Of a DNA stretch of 64,000 nucleotides, positions 1 through 9,899 are shown piece after piece (within the stretch, counting starts at the first letter, position 1; the number at the start of each line of letters is the position of its first letter). The translations under genes and the position numbers were made by a program. The notes under the pieces were generated by a model, which saw only the letters and a list, made by a program, of their open reading frames with translations, was not told the origin of the DNA and searched no databases. The DNA lies in the NCBI GenBank assembly GCA_002269645.1, contig NIVC01000055.1:1-64000 (forward strand), read 5' to 3'. This DNA comes from Macrostomum lignano (lineage: Eukaryota).

Positions 1-29
1 TTGGCGGTCCGACATCCAACAGCTCAAGG
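1..29 (+). CDS. Probable 3' end of an upstream exon of the Kv channel gene (T1-S1 linker)
   Basis: TGG CGG TCC GAC ATC CAA CAG CTC AAG G|GTGAGA gives a phase-1 donor at 30 that matches the phase-1 acceptor CCCTCAG|GC at 762/763. The join reads WRSDIQQLK-G-WQRVKAFLASLRRRCWKILDHPSS. Confidence 0.45.
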
Positions 30-59
30 GTGAGAATTTCGGGCACGGAGCACAGGGGG

Positions 60-548
60 ATGGCCAGGGACTAGCGATGAGTCGGATCCCTCAGGGACTA
101 GCAATGAGTCGGCTCCCTCAGGGACTAGCAATGAGTCGGATCCCTCAGGGACTAGCGATGAGTCGTATCCCTCAGGGACTAGCAATGAGTCGACTCCCTC
201 AGGGACTAGCGATGAGTCGGATCCCTCAGGGACTAGCGATGAGTCGGATCCCTCAGGGACTAGCGATGAGTCGTATCCCTCAGGGACTAGCGATGAGTCG
301 GATCCCTCAGGGACTAGCGATGAGTCGGATCCCTCAGGGACTAGCAATGAGTCGGCTCCCTCAGGGACTAGCAATGAGTCGACTCCCTCAGGGACTAGCG
401 ATGAGTCGGATCCCTCAGGGACTAGCGATGAGTCGGATCCCTCAGGGACTAGCGATGAGTCGTATCCCTCAGGGACTAGCGATGAGTCGGATCCCTCAGG
501 GACTAGCGATGAGTCGGATCCCTCAGGGACTAGCGATGAGTCGACTCC
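60..548. repeat. 27-bp minisatellite (ATGAGTCGGATCCCTCAGGGACTAGCG), about 18 copies, in the Kv intron 30-762
   Basis: Read directly; it explains the MSRIPQGLA and EGSDSSLVP repeat ORFs. Confidence 0.95.
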
Positions 549-762
549 CTCCTTGAAATGGCGCTGGAAGTTCCATTTAAGCAAGGGCTCAGCGGTAAAC
601 TTACGACCCTGGTTCGACCCCGTGTCCGGCCACATTAATTTGGGACTTGTGCTCAATGGCCTCAGGCAACTCACACCCTCTAGGGCCAACCCCCAAGGCA
701 CAAGGATGAGAAAGGCGGGGCTGCTGTACATCCAACTCACCGAGGCAGTTCAACACCCTCAG

Positions 763-1304
763 GCTGGCAGAGAGTCAAAGCTTTCTTGGCCTCGCTGCGT
801 CGGCGCTGCTGGAAGATTCTCGACCATCCGTCGTCGGCTTCCCGCGACCGTGTACGCGGTGCTTCTGACCATCACGGTTCTGTACGCGGTGTTCAGCTTC
901 GTCGCAAGCACGTCGGAGCAGTTCCAGCGGCTGCTGACCCAGCGAGAGATCCAGTTCTACTCAACAAGCACCCCTCCTGGTACGGCAACCACACGGACGC
1001 GCAGACCCGGATCAAAGCCGATTGGCTGGTCTTCTCCGACTGGTTCGCCTTCGCGTGCTCACCTTCGACTTCCTGGTGCGTCTGCTGTGCTGCAAGAACA
1101 GCTGGCCTACTTCAAGAACGCCTACACCGTGATCGACCTGCTCTCCATCCTTCCGTTCTACGTGAACGAGCTGCTGAAGCTCACCTGGGGCATCATCGAA
1201 TTCTCCGAGCCTAACAGCTTCGGGTGACTGAGTACATCGCCTTCCTGAAGATCTCGCTGTTCGTCAGGCTGCTCAGAATCGGTCGGCACTATCGAGGACT
1301 GCAG
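763..1304 (+). CDS. Voltage-gated K+ channel (Shaw/Kv3-like), S1-S4 exon, broken by 5 frameshifts in this sequence
   Basis: Stitching frames gives CWKILDHPSS / LPATVYAVLLTITVLYAVFSFVAST (S1) / WLVFSDWFAFAC-TFDFLVRLLCC (S2) / YFKNAYTVIDLLSILPFYV (S3) / YIAFLKISLFVRLLRIGRHYRGLQ (S4). Donor CAG|GTGCGT at 1305. Confidence 0.85.
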
Positions 1305-1718
1305 GTGCGTCTGCTCTGCCATGTACCTTGAAAACGGTTTGTTTCTAATCGTTGTGACTCTCACTGTAAGATTATCAGTGGACATTGTGATGCTTTTTCA
1401 AGCATAACTTTCGACTGGGGAATGACCAAAATGTGCCTCTTAAAAATGGCAACAAAGTTGAGATGGCAGCTGCTTCCGTTTTTGTTCTGAGATTAAAAAA
1501 TGTCAGAACTTCCCGGACAGCCCCTTGCACCATTGAGCCTTTCATCAACTGCTGTGGAAAAGTTTTAGAAGGACACGCAAATCAATTTTCTCTGTTTCCA
1601 GTCTTCAATCCAAACCAGTACAAAAGCTTCCCAAGGAGCCAAAAATCACAGGCACTTCATCAACTCTTTGTAATTGATTGTTCTTTTACTAATCTTCTCT
1701 GACCCTCCGCCCGCGCAG

Positions 1719-2010
1719 GTGCTCATCTACACGTTGAAAACGTCGCTCCGCGACCTCATGCTTATGGGCGTGTTCGTGGCGCTCGGCACCCTGCTGTTCA
1801 GCACGCTGATCTTCTTCTGCGAGAAGTCGCGCAGCGGCGGCGAGACGCACCTGGCCCCGACAGCGCCCGACAAGAAAAAAGTCGACTGCTCAAAGTGTCA
1901 GAAAGGTGACACCGATTCGAAGTTCAACTCCATGTTCGACGGCTTCTGGTGGTCGCTGGTTACTATGACAACTGTTGGATACGGAGACCTGGTGCCGCAG
2001 ACCAGCTCAG
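1719..2010 (+). CDS. Kv channel exon: S4-S5 linker, S5 and pore loop
   Basis: Acceptor CAG at 1716-1718. Encodes VLIYTLKTSLRDLMLMGVFVALGTLLFSTLIFFCEK...FWWSLVTMTTVGYGDLVPQT, with the K+ selectivity filter TTVGYG. Phase-1 donor GT at 2011. Confidence 0.95.
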
Positions 2011-2414
2011 GTCGGCTCTGAGACCTTCTGTTTTTAAAAAACTAATCCGCTACCTAGATTAGCGGTCCACTTGCACCTGCCGATAAGAGAAAGTCAGGGC
2101 CTCTGTACACACCCTGTGTGAGCGCGTGCATGCTCAGGGCCAGCCGAAAGGCCAATGCATGCAACTGCTTGCCTCACTGGCAGCGGGTCAAGTCTCGCTT
2201 CGATTTGCTAACCAGATATCAAATCGTCACACAAACGTAGTCAGAGCCAATTCATTTAAGACACCACAACGGCCAATATATTTATATTTATAAATTTACA
2301 AAGAATAGCATTCAGTCCAGTAAAAATTTCAAGGGGATTTTTATTCAATTTTGTTGACGTTTTGCTTTTTTGCTATTTTTACAACAAACAGCACTTCCCC
2401 ATTCAGTTTTTTTA

Positions 2415-3110
2415 GCTAGATTAGCAATCCATTTAGTTTTGGTAGCTAGATTAGCAATCCATTTAGTTTTGGTAGCTAGATTAGCAATCCATTCAGTTTT
2501 GGTAGCTAGATTAGCAATCCATTTAGTTTTGGTAGCTGGATTAGCAATCCATTTAGTTTTGGTAGCTAGATTAGCAATCCATTCAGTTTTGGTAGCTAGA
2601 TTAGCAATCCATTTAGTTTTGGTAGCTAGATTAGCAATCCATTCAGTTTTGGTAGCTAGATTAGCAATCCATTCAGTTTTGGTAGCTAGATTAGCAATAA
2701 ATTAAGTTTTGGTAGCTAGATTAGCAATCCATTTAGTTTTGGTAGCTAGATTAGCAATCCATTTAGTTTTGGTAGCTAGATTAGCAATCCATTTAGTTTT
2801 GGTAGCTAGATTAGCAATCCATTTAGTTTTGGTAGCTAGATTAGCAATCCATTAAGTTTTGGTAGCTAGATTAGCAATCCATTTAGTTTTGGTAGCTAGA
2901 TTAGCAATCCATTTAGTTTTGGTAGCTAGATTAGCAATCCATTCTGTTCCTTCAACCGTGTTGGCTAGATTAGCAATCCAATTAGTTTTGGTAGCTAGAT
3001 TAGCAATCCATTTAGTTTTGGTAGCTAGATTAGCAATCCAATTAGTTTTGGTAGCTAGATTAGCAATCCATTCTGTTCCTCCAACCGTGTTGGCTAGATT
3101 AGCAATCCAT
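2415..3110. repeat. 30-bp minisatellite (GCTAGATTAGCAATCCATTTAGTTTTGGTA) with two longer variant units
   Basis: Read directly in the Kv intron 2011-4369; it shares an 18-bp core with the 42-bp array at 23620-27155. Confidence 0.95.
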
Positions 3111-3777
3111 TATTGCACTCTTCAGCAGGGCAGCACTGGCAATCGTGACAGTCCCAGCCTCCTGTCCCATGTCGGATTTGTAAAACCTGGGAGGCCGAAG
3201 TTTACAAGGCTTCCCTTGGGGCCAGTGGAACAGCAGCAGTCGAATCCTCTTTGGTTGCCTCGACTGTCAAGAGCGGTGGGATTTTCAGTCCAACAGGGAA
3301 TCCGCGTCAAGCCCCCGTGGTTTAACAAGCATCTGCGAGGCGTGTACTTCGAAGACAGAAACGGTAGCGTTAGACCAGGGGGCTGAGGCAACAGGACAGG
3401 AAAAGAACAAGCATTTCAAGACTAGCGATAGAAGCCAATCCGCGCATTCGTTTTCGCATCGGCGTTGGGAGGGGGGACAGTTTCTACGGCACTTCATGAC
3501 AGCGCGATAGGCAACAGGCGCGCGACTGCGTTGTGTTTTAACATTTTAACCCATCCTCTCTAACCTCCGATTTGCATTCGGTGAGGCAAGGTAGGGCATG
3601 CAACACACTGAGGAACAAGTTTTTTTGCCGTTGTGAATAAGAGTGCAGATGCAAGAGTGTCTCGATATGCACCGAAATTTATTGCCCCAGATGGCAATCC
3701 AAGTTGCTAAGGAACATTGTCGCCCAATTTGAACCAGCAGTCACGGTTCTCATCAATACTCGATTTCACCCAGCTCA

Positions 3778-4330
3778 AACCGGTACTCACCGGTGTCACC
3801 TATCTCAAAGCGGTACTCACCGGTGTCACCCATCTCAAAGCGGTACTCACCGGTGTCACCTACCTCAAACCGGTACTCACCGGTGTCACCCATCTCAAAG
3901 TGGTACTCACCGGTGTCACCCATCTCAAAGTGGTACTCACCGGTGTCACCCATCTCAAAGCGGTACTCACCGGTGTCACCTACCTCAAACCGGTACTCAC
4001 CGGTGTCACCTACCTCAAATCGGTACTTACCGGTGTCACCCACCTCAAAGTATTACTCACCGGTGTCACCCATCTCAAAGCGGTACTTACCGGTGTCACC
4101 CATCTCAAAGCGGTACTCACCGGTGTCACCTACCTCAAACCGGTACTCACCGGTGTCACCCACCTCAAACCGGTACTCACCGGTGTCACCTACCTCAAAT
4201 CGGTACTTACCGGTGTCACCCATCTCAAAGCGGTACTCACCGGTGTCACCTACCTCAAACCGGTACTCACCGGTGTCACCCACCTCAAACCGGTACTCAC
4301 CAATGTAACCCAGCTCTAACCGGTACTCAC
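3778..4330. repeat. 30-bp minisatellite (CCGGTACTCACCGGTGTCACCYAYCTCAAA), about 18 copies, abutting the Kv acceptor
   Basis: Read directly; it ends about 40 nt before the acceptor at 4369. Confidence 0.95.
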
Positions 4331-4369
4331 TAGTCTCACAGGGTCTCATCCAATCTCACTCACCCGCAG

Positions 4370-4767
4370 GTCGCATCGTTGGCTCCGCCTGCGCCCTCAG
4401 CGGCCTGCTGCTGATCGCCTTCACGGTGCCAATCCTGGTGAACCACTTCATGCTGTACTACTCCCACTCCCAGATCGTGCACGTGTCCAGGAACTCAGTG
4501 CAGGAGTACGCCACCAAGGCCCTGCTAGCCAAGGTGAACAGCTTCGCTGGAGGCAAGGTGAAAAAGATGAAGAAGCTGGTTAGCGAGGGCGCCTCTCAGG
4601 CCACGCACTCGCAGAAGCTGGGCAAGGCCTACTGGAAGAAGCGGCTGCACCTGCGGCCAGCGAGAGACGGCGAGGACGCCGCGGCCTCCAAGCAACGCCG
4701 GGCCTGCGCCAGGCACTCGCAGCCGCTGCTGGCCGGCCCTGGAGCCCCAGCTGAGACCGATCTGTGA
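4370..4767 (+). CDS. Kv channel last coding exon: S6 and C-terminal tail
   Basis: Acceptor CCCGCAG|GT is in phase with donor 2011. Encodes GRIVGSACALSGLLLIAFTVPILVNHFMLYY, which resembles Shaw/Kv3 S6 (GVLTIALPVPVIVxNFxxYY). Stop TGA at 4765-4767. Confidence 0.92.
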
Positions 4768-5504
4768 AAGTTTCCACCTTTCTTTGCCTCCCCAGTCTCT
4801 ACTGTCATCGATATAGCCATATAGTGCTTGTGAAACACTCGCTAATTGCATAGGTTTCTCTCATTTGTACTCTCTACTAGCTTAAAATATTTTTTTGCCG
4901 TTCACTGTTTTACTCACCAATGAAAGAGCGCCACGTCATCCAATCGCGGGGACACCCACCCCAACTCCACTATTTTCAGTTCCCTTACCCTTATTGACTG
5001 GCCTCAGCCAATCAGAGTCCAGACAGTGTCCCAAGTATTGCCGAAGTCGTTTCAAAGCAACCAGAATCACATTATTGTTCTCGGATATTTTTAAGCTTTA
5101 CTGCCTGCTTGCCAGCGACGTATTATGCATGCTCACTCGATCCTGACCTCGCACTCCCTAGCTGAGTAAGTACCTTACCTCGGCTGCATTCTTAATCAGT
5201 GGTGAAGCTATTACTGAGGGAACGAGCTCTTGGCTCGATTGCCTCTGGAAATGTTGTGGGAAAATTGACAGTGTTTAAAAAATGTTTAAATTCTTGAAAA
5301 TAAACTTTTTCGCTTCTTAACTTCGTTGATTATCATTAGTTCAGACGGTTAAAAAAATTGCTTTTTGTCTACCTATCTAACATAGCACACCTAGCACTGC
5401 TCGTCAAAGTTCAGAGTTCACAGTACTCCCAGAGCAAGACAGCGGGTTCATCAGGTGACCGCATCGCTAATAACGCAGGGATCTCACGGAGGAGCTCACG
5501 GAGC

Positions 5505-6377
5505 TCACGGAGATCCCTGCAAATTTTCCAGAGATAACTTGTCCCAGTCGGGCCAGAAGCGCTCCTTCATGCGGTCCACGTACTCGCACAGGTTGGGGGT
5601 GCTCTCCCGCATGAACTTCTTGTGCGGATAATTGATGGGGATGTAGAGAATCTGGGCCAGGTGGCCGAACGCGTAGCAATCAGCCGTTGTGGGCTCGTCT
5701 CCGAACAGGAACTGCTTGTTGCCGAGGGCTCTCGACAGGGCCATGATGTCCTGGAAGCCCATGTCGTACATCTCGGCCACCGAGTTGCGCCCGATGCCGT
5801 GGTAGAACACCTTCTTTCCGTAGCCCCTTGGGAAAGTGAAATACAGAAACTGGCGCAGCAGGTAGCCGCAGAACTCCCAGGTGTTGATGAAGTTGACCAC
5901 GTCCTCAACGTAGCGGTAATAGAAGTAGGAATAGACCGTCTGATTCTCGAGCATCATCTCCAGACCTCTGGCCAGGCCTTCCTGCTCATCCGTGAGGTTA
6001 TCCTTCACGCCAAAGTGCTCAGTGAGCTTGGCGATGATGAGATTGGACTCGTTGTACTCCTGACCGTTGAGCTCCACGAACGGGATTTGGCCTTTCTGGC
6101 TCCACACCATTATCTTGCGCGTCACCGTGTGCGGGATCTTGTGCAGCCGGAGCCACGTCTCCAGTTTGAGGCCGAACGGGGACACGCTGACGATTGTGCG
6201 ACAGCTGGGAAAGTTGAACATGTACACCTTGTCCTTCTCATAGTTGGCCACCCGAGGACCCGTCCGCCTGCGGCGAACAACTCGAGCAGTGGCCCAGAGA
6301 CAGACGGCGACAGCGCCAGAGGCCACAAAGGTGACGGTCTTCGGGCTCTTCGCCCACCAGTTGAGCAGCGAATCCAT
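5505..6377 (-). CDS. FAXC: Failed-axon-connections (FAX/FAXC) / metaxin-like GST-fold protein, about 290 aa, single exon
   Basis: N-terminal membrane anchor, then DKVYMFNFP...SVSPFGLKLETWLRL...SQKGQIPFVELNGQEYNESNLII and LGNKQFLFGDEPTTADCYAFGHLAQI, typical of the FAX/metaxin family. ATG at 6377 (MDSLLNWW). Confidence 0.88.
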   Translation of the reverse strand: MDSLLNWWAKSPKTVTFVASGAVAVCLWATARVVRRRRTGPRVANYEKDKVYMFNFPSCRTIVSVSPFGLKLETWLRLHKIPHTVTRKIMVWSQKGQIPFVELNGQEYNESNLIIAKLTEHFGVKDNLTDEQEGLARGLEMMLENQTVYSYFYYRYVEDVVNFINTWEFCGYLLRQFLYFTFPRGYGKKVFYHGIGRNSVAEMYDMGFQDIMALSRALGNKQFLFGDEPTTADCYAFGHLAQILYIPINYPHKKFMRESTPNLCEYVDRMKERFWPDWDKLSLENLQGSP

Positions 6378-6777
6378 GCTTAAACGGCCTGCTATGCCAG
6401 CAGAGTTTCTGAGAACGAACGGGGCTTCTTTCAAAAGTAGTTTTTAACTGCTTGGCTTCACAGGTGATTCTGCCACAATTTAAAGGCCGAGAGACCCCAC
6501 ATAAAAAGTCTGAGTTCGCCTTCAAACCACCGATTCTTATCTAATCAATTGAGCTTTTCTGAGCTCGCAGATTTTGGGCAGCGAGCCGAACAGAAAGCGA
6601 TAGCATGAACCCCCTGGTATCCAAGGCAGAAGTTGTGCATACTTAGCTTATAAACTTTTACTTTTATTTCTGCGCAATGAAAACGGCAAAAGAATTCGAT
6701 CTCTGATCTTTGCACTTCGATCAGACAAATCGGACGTCTAATCAATTCAGCATCAATGTCCAGCTGATATTCAGTCA

Positions 6778-7606
6778 TTAAGCAGGAGTGCTCCGCATCT
6801 GCACAACGACAACTGGCTCCTCCATCTTGCGCAGCCGCTTACTCAGGCGTTCTGGCAGCACAGACTCAAGCAGTTGCCACCTGGACTCCATAATGAAGCT
6901 CTTGTGCAGCAGGTTGAGCTGTCGCATGGTTTCCCGATAATCGTAGGTGTCCGACACCAGCTTGGACATGACGCCGATCAGAAAGTTGAGCATCACAATC
7001 GCCGTGGTGCTGTAGAGCAAGGTGCTCAGCAGGCGGAAGGACACCCTGACGGATTCGAGCTCACGATGGCTGTCAGGTGCCGTAGAGTTTTTGGCGGCCT
7101 GAGCCTCAACGGTGAACGATCTCACTCCCATGAGGAATTCGTACGCGTCGAAGATTCTGAGATCCCGGATGCCGCTGTCCGCGAGGCCGGCGATCAGCTG
7201 AAATGTCGCCAGAACCGGCAGCACGAAAGAGGCACCAAGGCAGGTGAGCTTCACCTGTTTGACCATCATCAGAATGTAATAGCCCAGTCCGGGCACGTAC
7301 AGAAACACACTGATGACGTGCAGAAGCTGCAGGCAGCTGGACCAGGCGATGAGGCTGTTGCGAACCATCGCGTGGTTCGGATTTCCATCGTCCCAGGCGA
7401 GTCCGGCAGCGAGGCAGGCGACTCCGACGCTGTTCGCCAGCCGGCTGAAGGCCATGTTGCTCACTGGCTCACTGCTGCAGCAGTAGAGCAGAGCCTCTGC
7501 TGCCTTCTGTCTGCAAGTTTGAGGTGAAAGTTTTAAGGACCTGATCAAACTGTTTGACTGTCCGTAAGTTGTCTGAATGCCTTCAAGCTTGGCGCGCAAT
7601 ATGCTT
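6778..7606 (-). CDS. TRPV-like cation channel, last exon (S3-S6, pore, TRP-box region)
   Basis: Acceptor TTATTTAG|A at 7607/7606 completes the GC+A codon from the previous exon. Encodes LQLLHVISVFLYVPGLGYYILMMVKQV (S4-S5), IFDAYEFLMGVRSF (pore-like) and IVMLNFLIGVMSKLVSDTY...RQLNLLHKSFIMESRW (S6/TRP domain). Confidence 0.7.
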
Positions 7607-7698
7607 CTAAATAACCTATCTCACTTCTACCTGTCTGAGACTCTTTTTAGACAGTGAGCTAGCAGGAGATTCCTTTCAGGTCCCAGTTCAGGCCTTAC

Positions 7699-8279
7699 GC
7701 TGGCCTGTCAGCCGCAGCCGGCACCACCGGGGTGTACTCTGAACCGCGTCGAAACTTCCGCACCGCAACAAACACCTGCCGAGCAACCGAAACAGCGTCA
7801 AGACAGTCTACCGACAAACTGACGGCCACCATGAACCAGGCGGCCGCTGAAACTCCCGGCCGAAGGCGCCCGCTTGCCGATGCGTCCACCATCAGTTGGC
7901 TGACTCCGAAGGCGGCGGCAAAGTGCAGACAGACGAGCAGGCTGAGGTCCCAAATCACCGAGGCCAGGTGCTGCCACCGGTGTCTGCTGGTCAGGCGCTG
8001 ACCCAGCACTGCCAGCACCAGCGACTGGGAGCAGCCGCGGTGATAGCCGGCCAGATATTCGATGTTGAAGACGACGGGGACCCAGGCCAGGTACTCGAAG
8101 TCCAGCTGCCCGCTGGTGTCCAGACGAATCTCGACAAGCCGGCGTCTGTCGTCACAATGGAGCTCTCGGCAGATGGCGGTGTCGGAGTCCAGCAGCCAGC
8201 TGAACAGTGAGTAGGCCTGGCTGAAGTCCGCCAGCATCAGCGGCAGCTCCTGATCGACATTTCGATGCGAGAACATCGC
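7699..8279 (-). CDS. TRPV-like channel, middle exon (pre-S1 linker, S1-S2)
   Basis: Acceptor CCGCAG|GCG at 8280/8279 (phase 0); donor GC|GTAAGG at 7698; 92-nt intron to the next exon; hydrophobic helices. Confidence 0.7.
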
Positions 8280-8344
8280 CTGCGGTTTATGGTTTAAAGG
8301 AGTAACATTGAGCAGTAGGTGGATGCTTGGGTGCTGTTGGCGAG

Positions 8345-9150
8345 CACATGATGCACTGTAATGAAGGCACATGATGCACTGTAATGAGGCCCATGATGCA
8401 CTGTAATGAGGCCCATGATGCACTGTAATGAAGGCACATGATGCACTGTAATGAAGGCACATGATGCTCTGTAATGAAGGTACATGATGCACTGTAATGA
8501 AGGTACTCGTACATGATGCACTGTAATGAAGGTACATGATGCACTGTAATGAAGGTACATGATGCACTGTAATGAAGGTACATGATGCACTGTAATGAAG
8601 GCACATGATGCTCTGTAATGAAGGCACATGATGCTCTGTAATTAAGGCACATGATGCTCTGTAATGAAGGTACATGATGCACTGTAATGAAGGCACATGA
8701 TGCACTGTAATGAAGGCACATGATGCTCTGTAATGAAGGTACATGATGCACTGTAAAGAAAATACATGATGCACTGTAATTAAGGTACATGATGCACTGT
8801 AATAAAGGTACATGATGCACTGTAATTAAGGTACATGATGCACTGTAATTAAGGTACATGATGCTCTGCAATTAAGGTACATGATGCACTGTAATAAGGT
8901 ACATGATGCACTGTAATAAGGTACATGATGCACTGTAATTAAGGTACATGATGCACTGTAATTAAGGTACATGATGCACTGTAATTAAGGTACATGATGC
9001 ACTGTAATTAAGGTACATGATGCTCTGCAATTAAGGTACATGATGCTCTGCAATTAAGGTACATGATGCACTGTAATTAAGGTACATGATGCACTGTAAT
9101 TAAGGTACATGATGCACTGTAATTAAGGTACATGATGCACTGTAATGAAG
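8345..9150. repeat. 23-bp minisatellite (CATGATGCACTGTAATKAAGGYA), about 35 copies, in TRP intron 1
   Basis: Read directly; it explains the ITVHHVPSLQCIMYLHYSASC repeat ORFs. Confidence 0.95.
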
Positions 9151-9297
9151 GTAAATCATGCACTATAAAGAACTTAGGAAGGTGTTTAGTGATGTAGTTG
9201 AGTTACATGAATTTTATTTATCAAAGTCGGCTGTGACTACTGATATTTTTGGGCAGGTTCGTGTCTACTTTTAGTAGTCAGCCAAGCATAAATTTAC

Positions 9298-9768
9298 CTG
9301 AAACGCTTCGCTCCGCCGCACCTCCGCCTCGATGGTATCTAAGAATTTGAGCATACGAGACTCCCCCGCTGAGTCTTCTGAGTTGATCTCGCCAGATTCG
9401 ACTAATCTGGCCGCCACATGCAAAACGCTGTCTCCGTTGCGCTCCAACTGTTGGCCTAGAAAAGCTTGCCTACCTTCGCCTAGCAACAGCTTAGCAACCA
9501 GGTTAAAGCAGCGAGATGCGCCGTTGACAACGCACTGGCTGGTTAGCCGGGAGATGTGCAGCTGAAATTTCCACTGGTCGTTGAATTCCTGCAGCGAGTC
9601 GGCATTCTCGACTTTGGAGAGCTTGGCGGCAAAGTCCGAGTCAAAGTCGGTCGCGAGAGCCGCCTCCAGGCCGTGCTCACTCAGCAGCTGCGACAGCAGC
9701 TCAGCGTTGTCGGCTCGAACTGCGGCGGTGACCGCCGACTTGGCGTCTGGCTGCAGCTGCTCCGGCAT
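9298..9768 (-). CDS. TRPV-like channel, first visible exon (ankyrin-like region)
   Basis: AVTAAVRADNAELLSQLL and NGDSVLHVAARL are ankyrin-like; donor TTTCAG|GTAAAT at 9297 is phase 0. The three exons join to about 626 aa; further upstream exons are possible. Confidence 0.65.
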
Positions 9769-9794
9769 GGGGGACTCGGCGCTTCTGCTCGGAG

Positions 9795-9812
9795 TCTGTC
9801 TGTCTGTCTGTC

Positions 9813-9898
<86 letters not shown>
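9795..9898. repeat. (TGTC)n microsatellite
   Basis: Read directly. Confidence 0.97.

Positions 9899-9899
<1 letters not shown>

Noticed and set aside
24-740. Repeat ORFs on both strands (MSRIPQGLA; EGSDSSLVP)
   Set aside because: These are translations of a 27-bp intronic minisatellite; in-phase splice sites at 30 and 762 exclude it from the Kv CDS.
5622-6383. 253-aa antisense ORF over FAX, and similar shadow ORFs over the TRP, CD36 and GPCR exons
   Set aside because: Expected by-product of GC3-rich coding sequence; no recognisable motifs.
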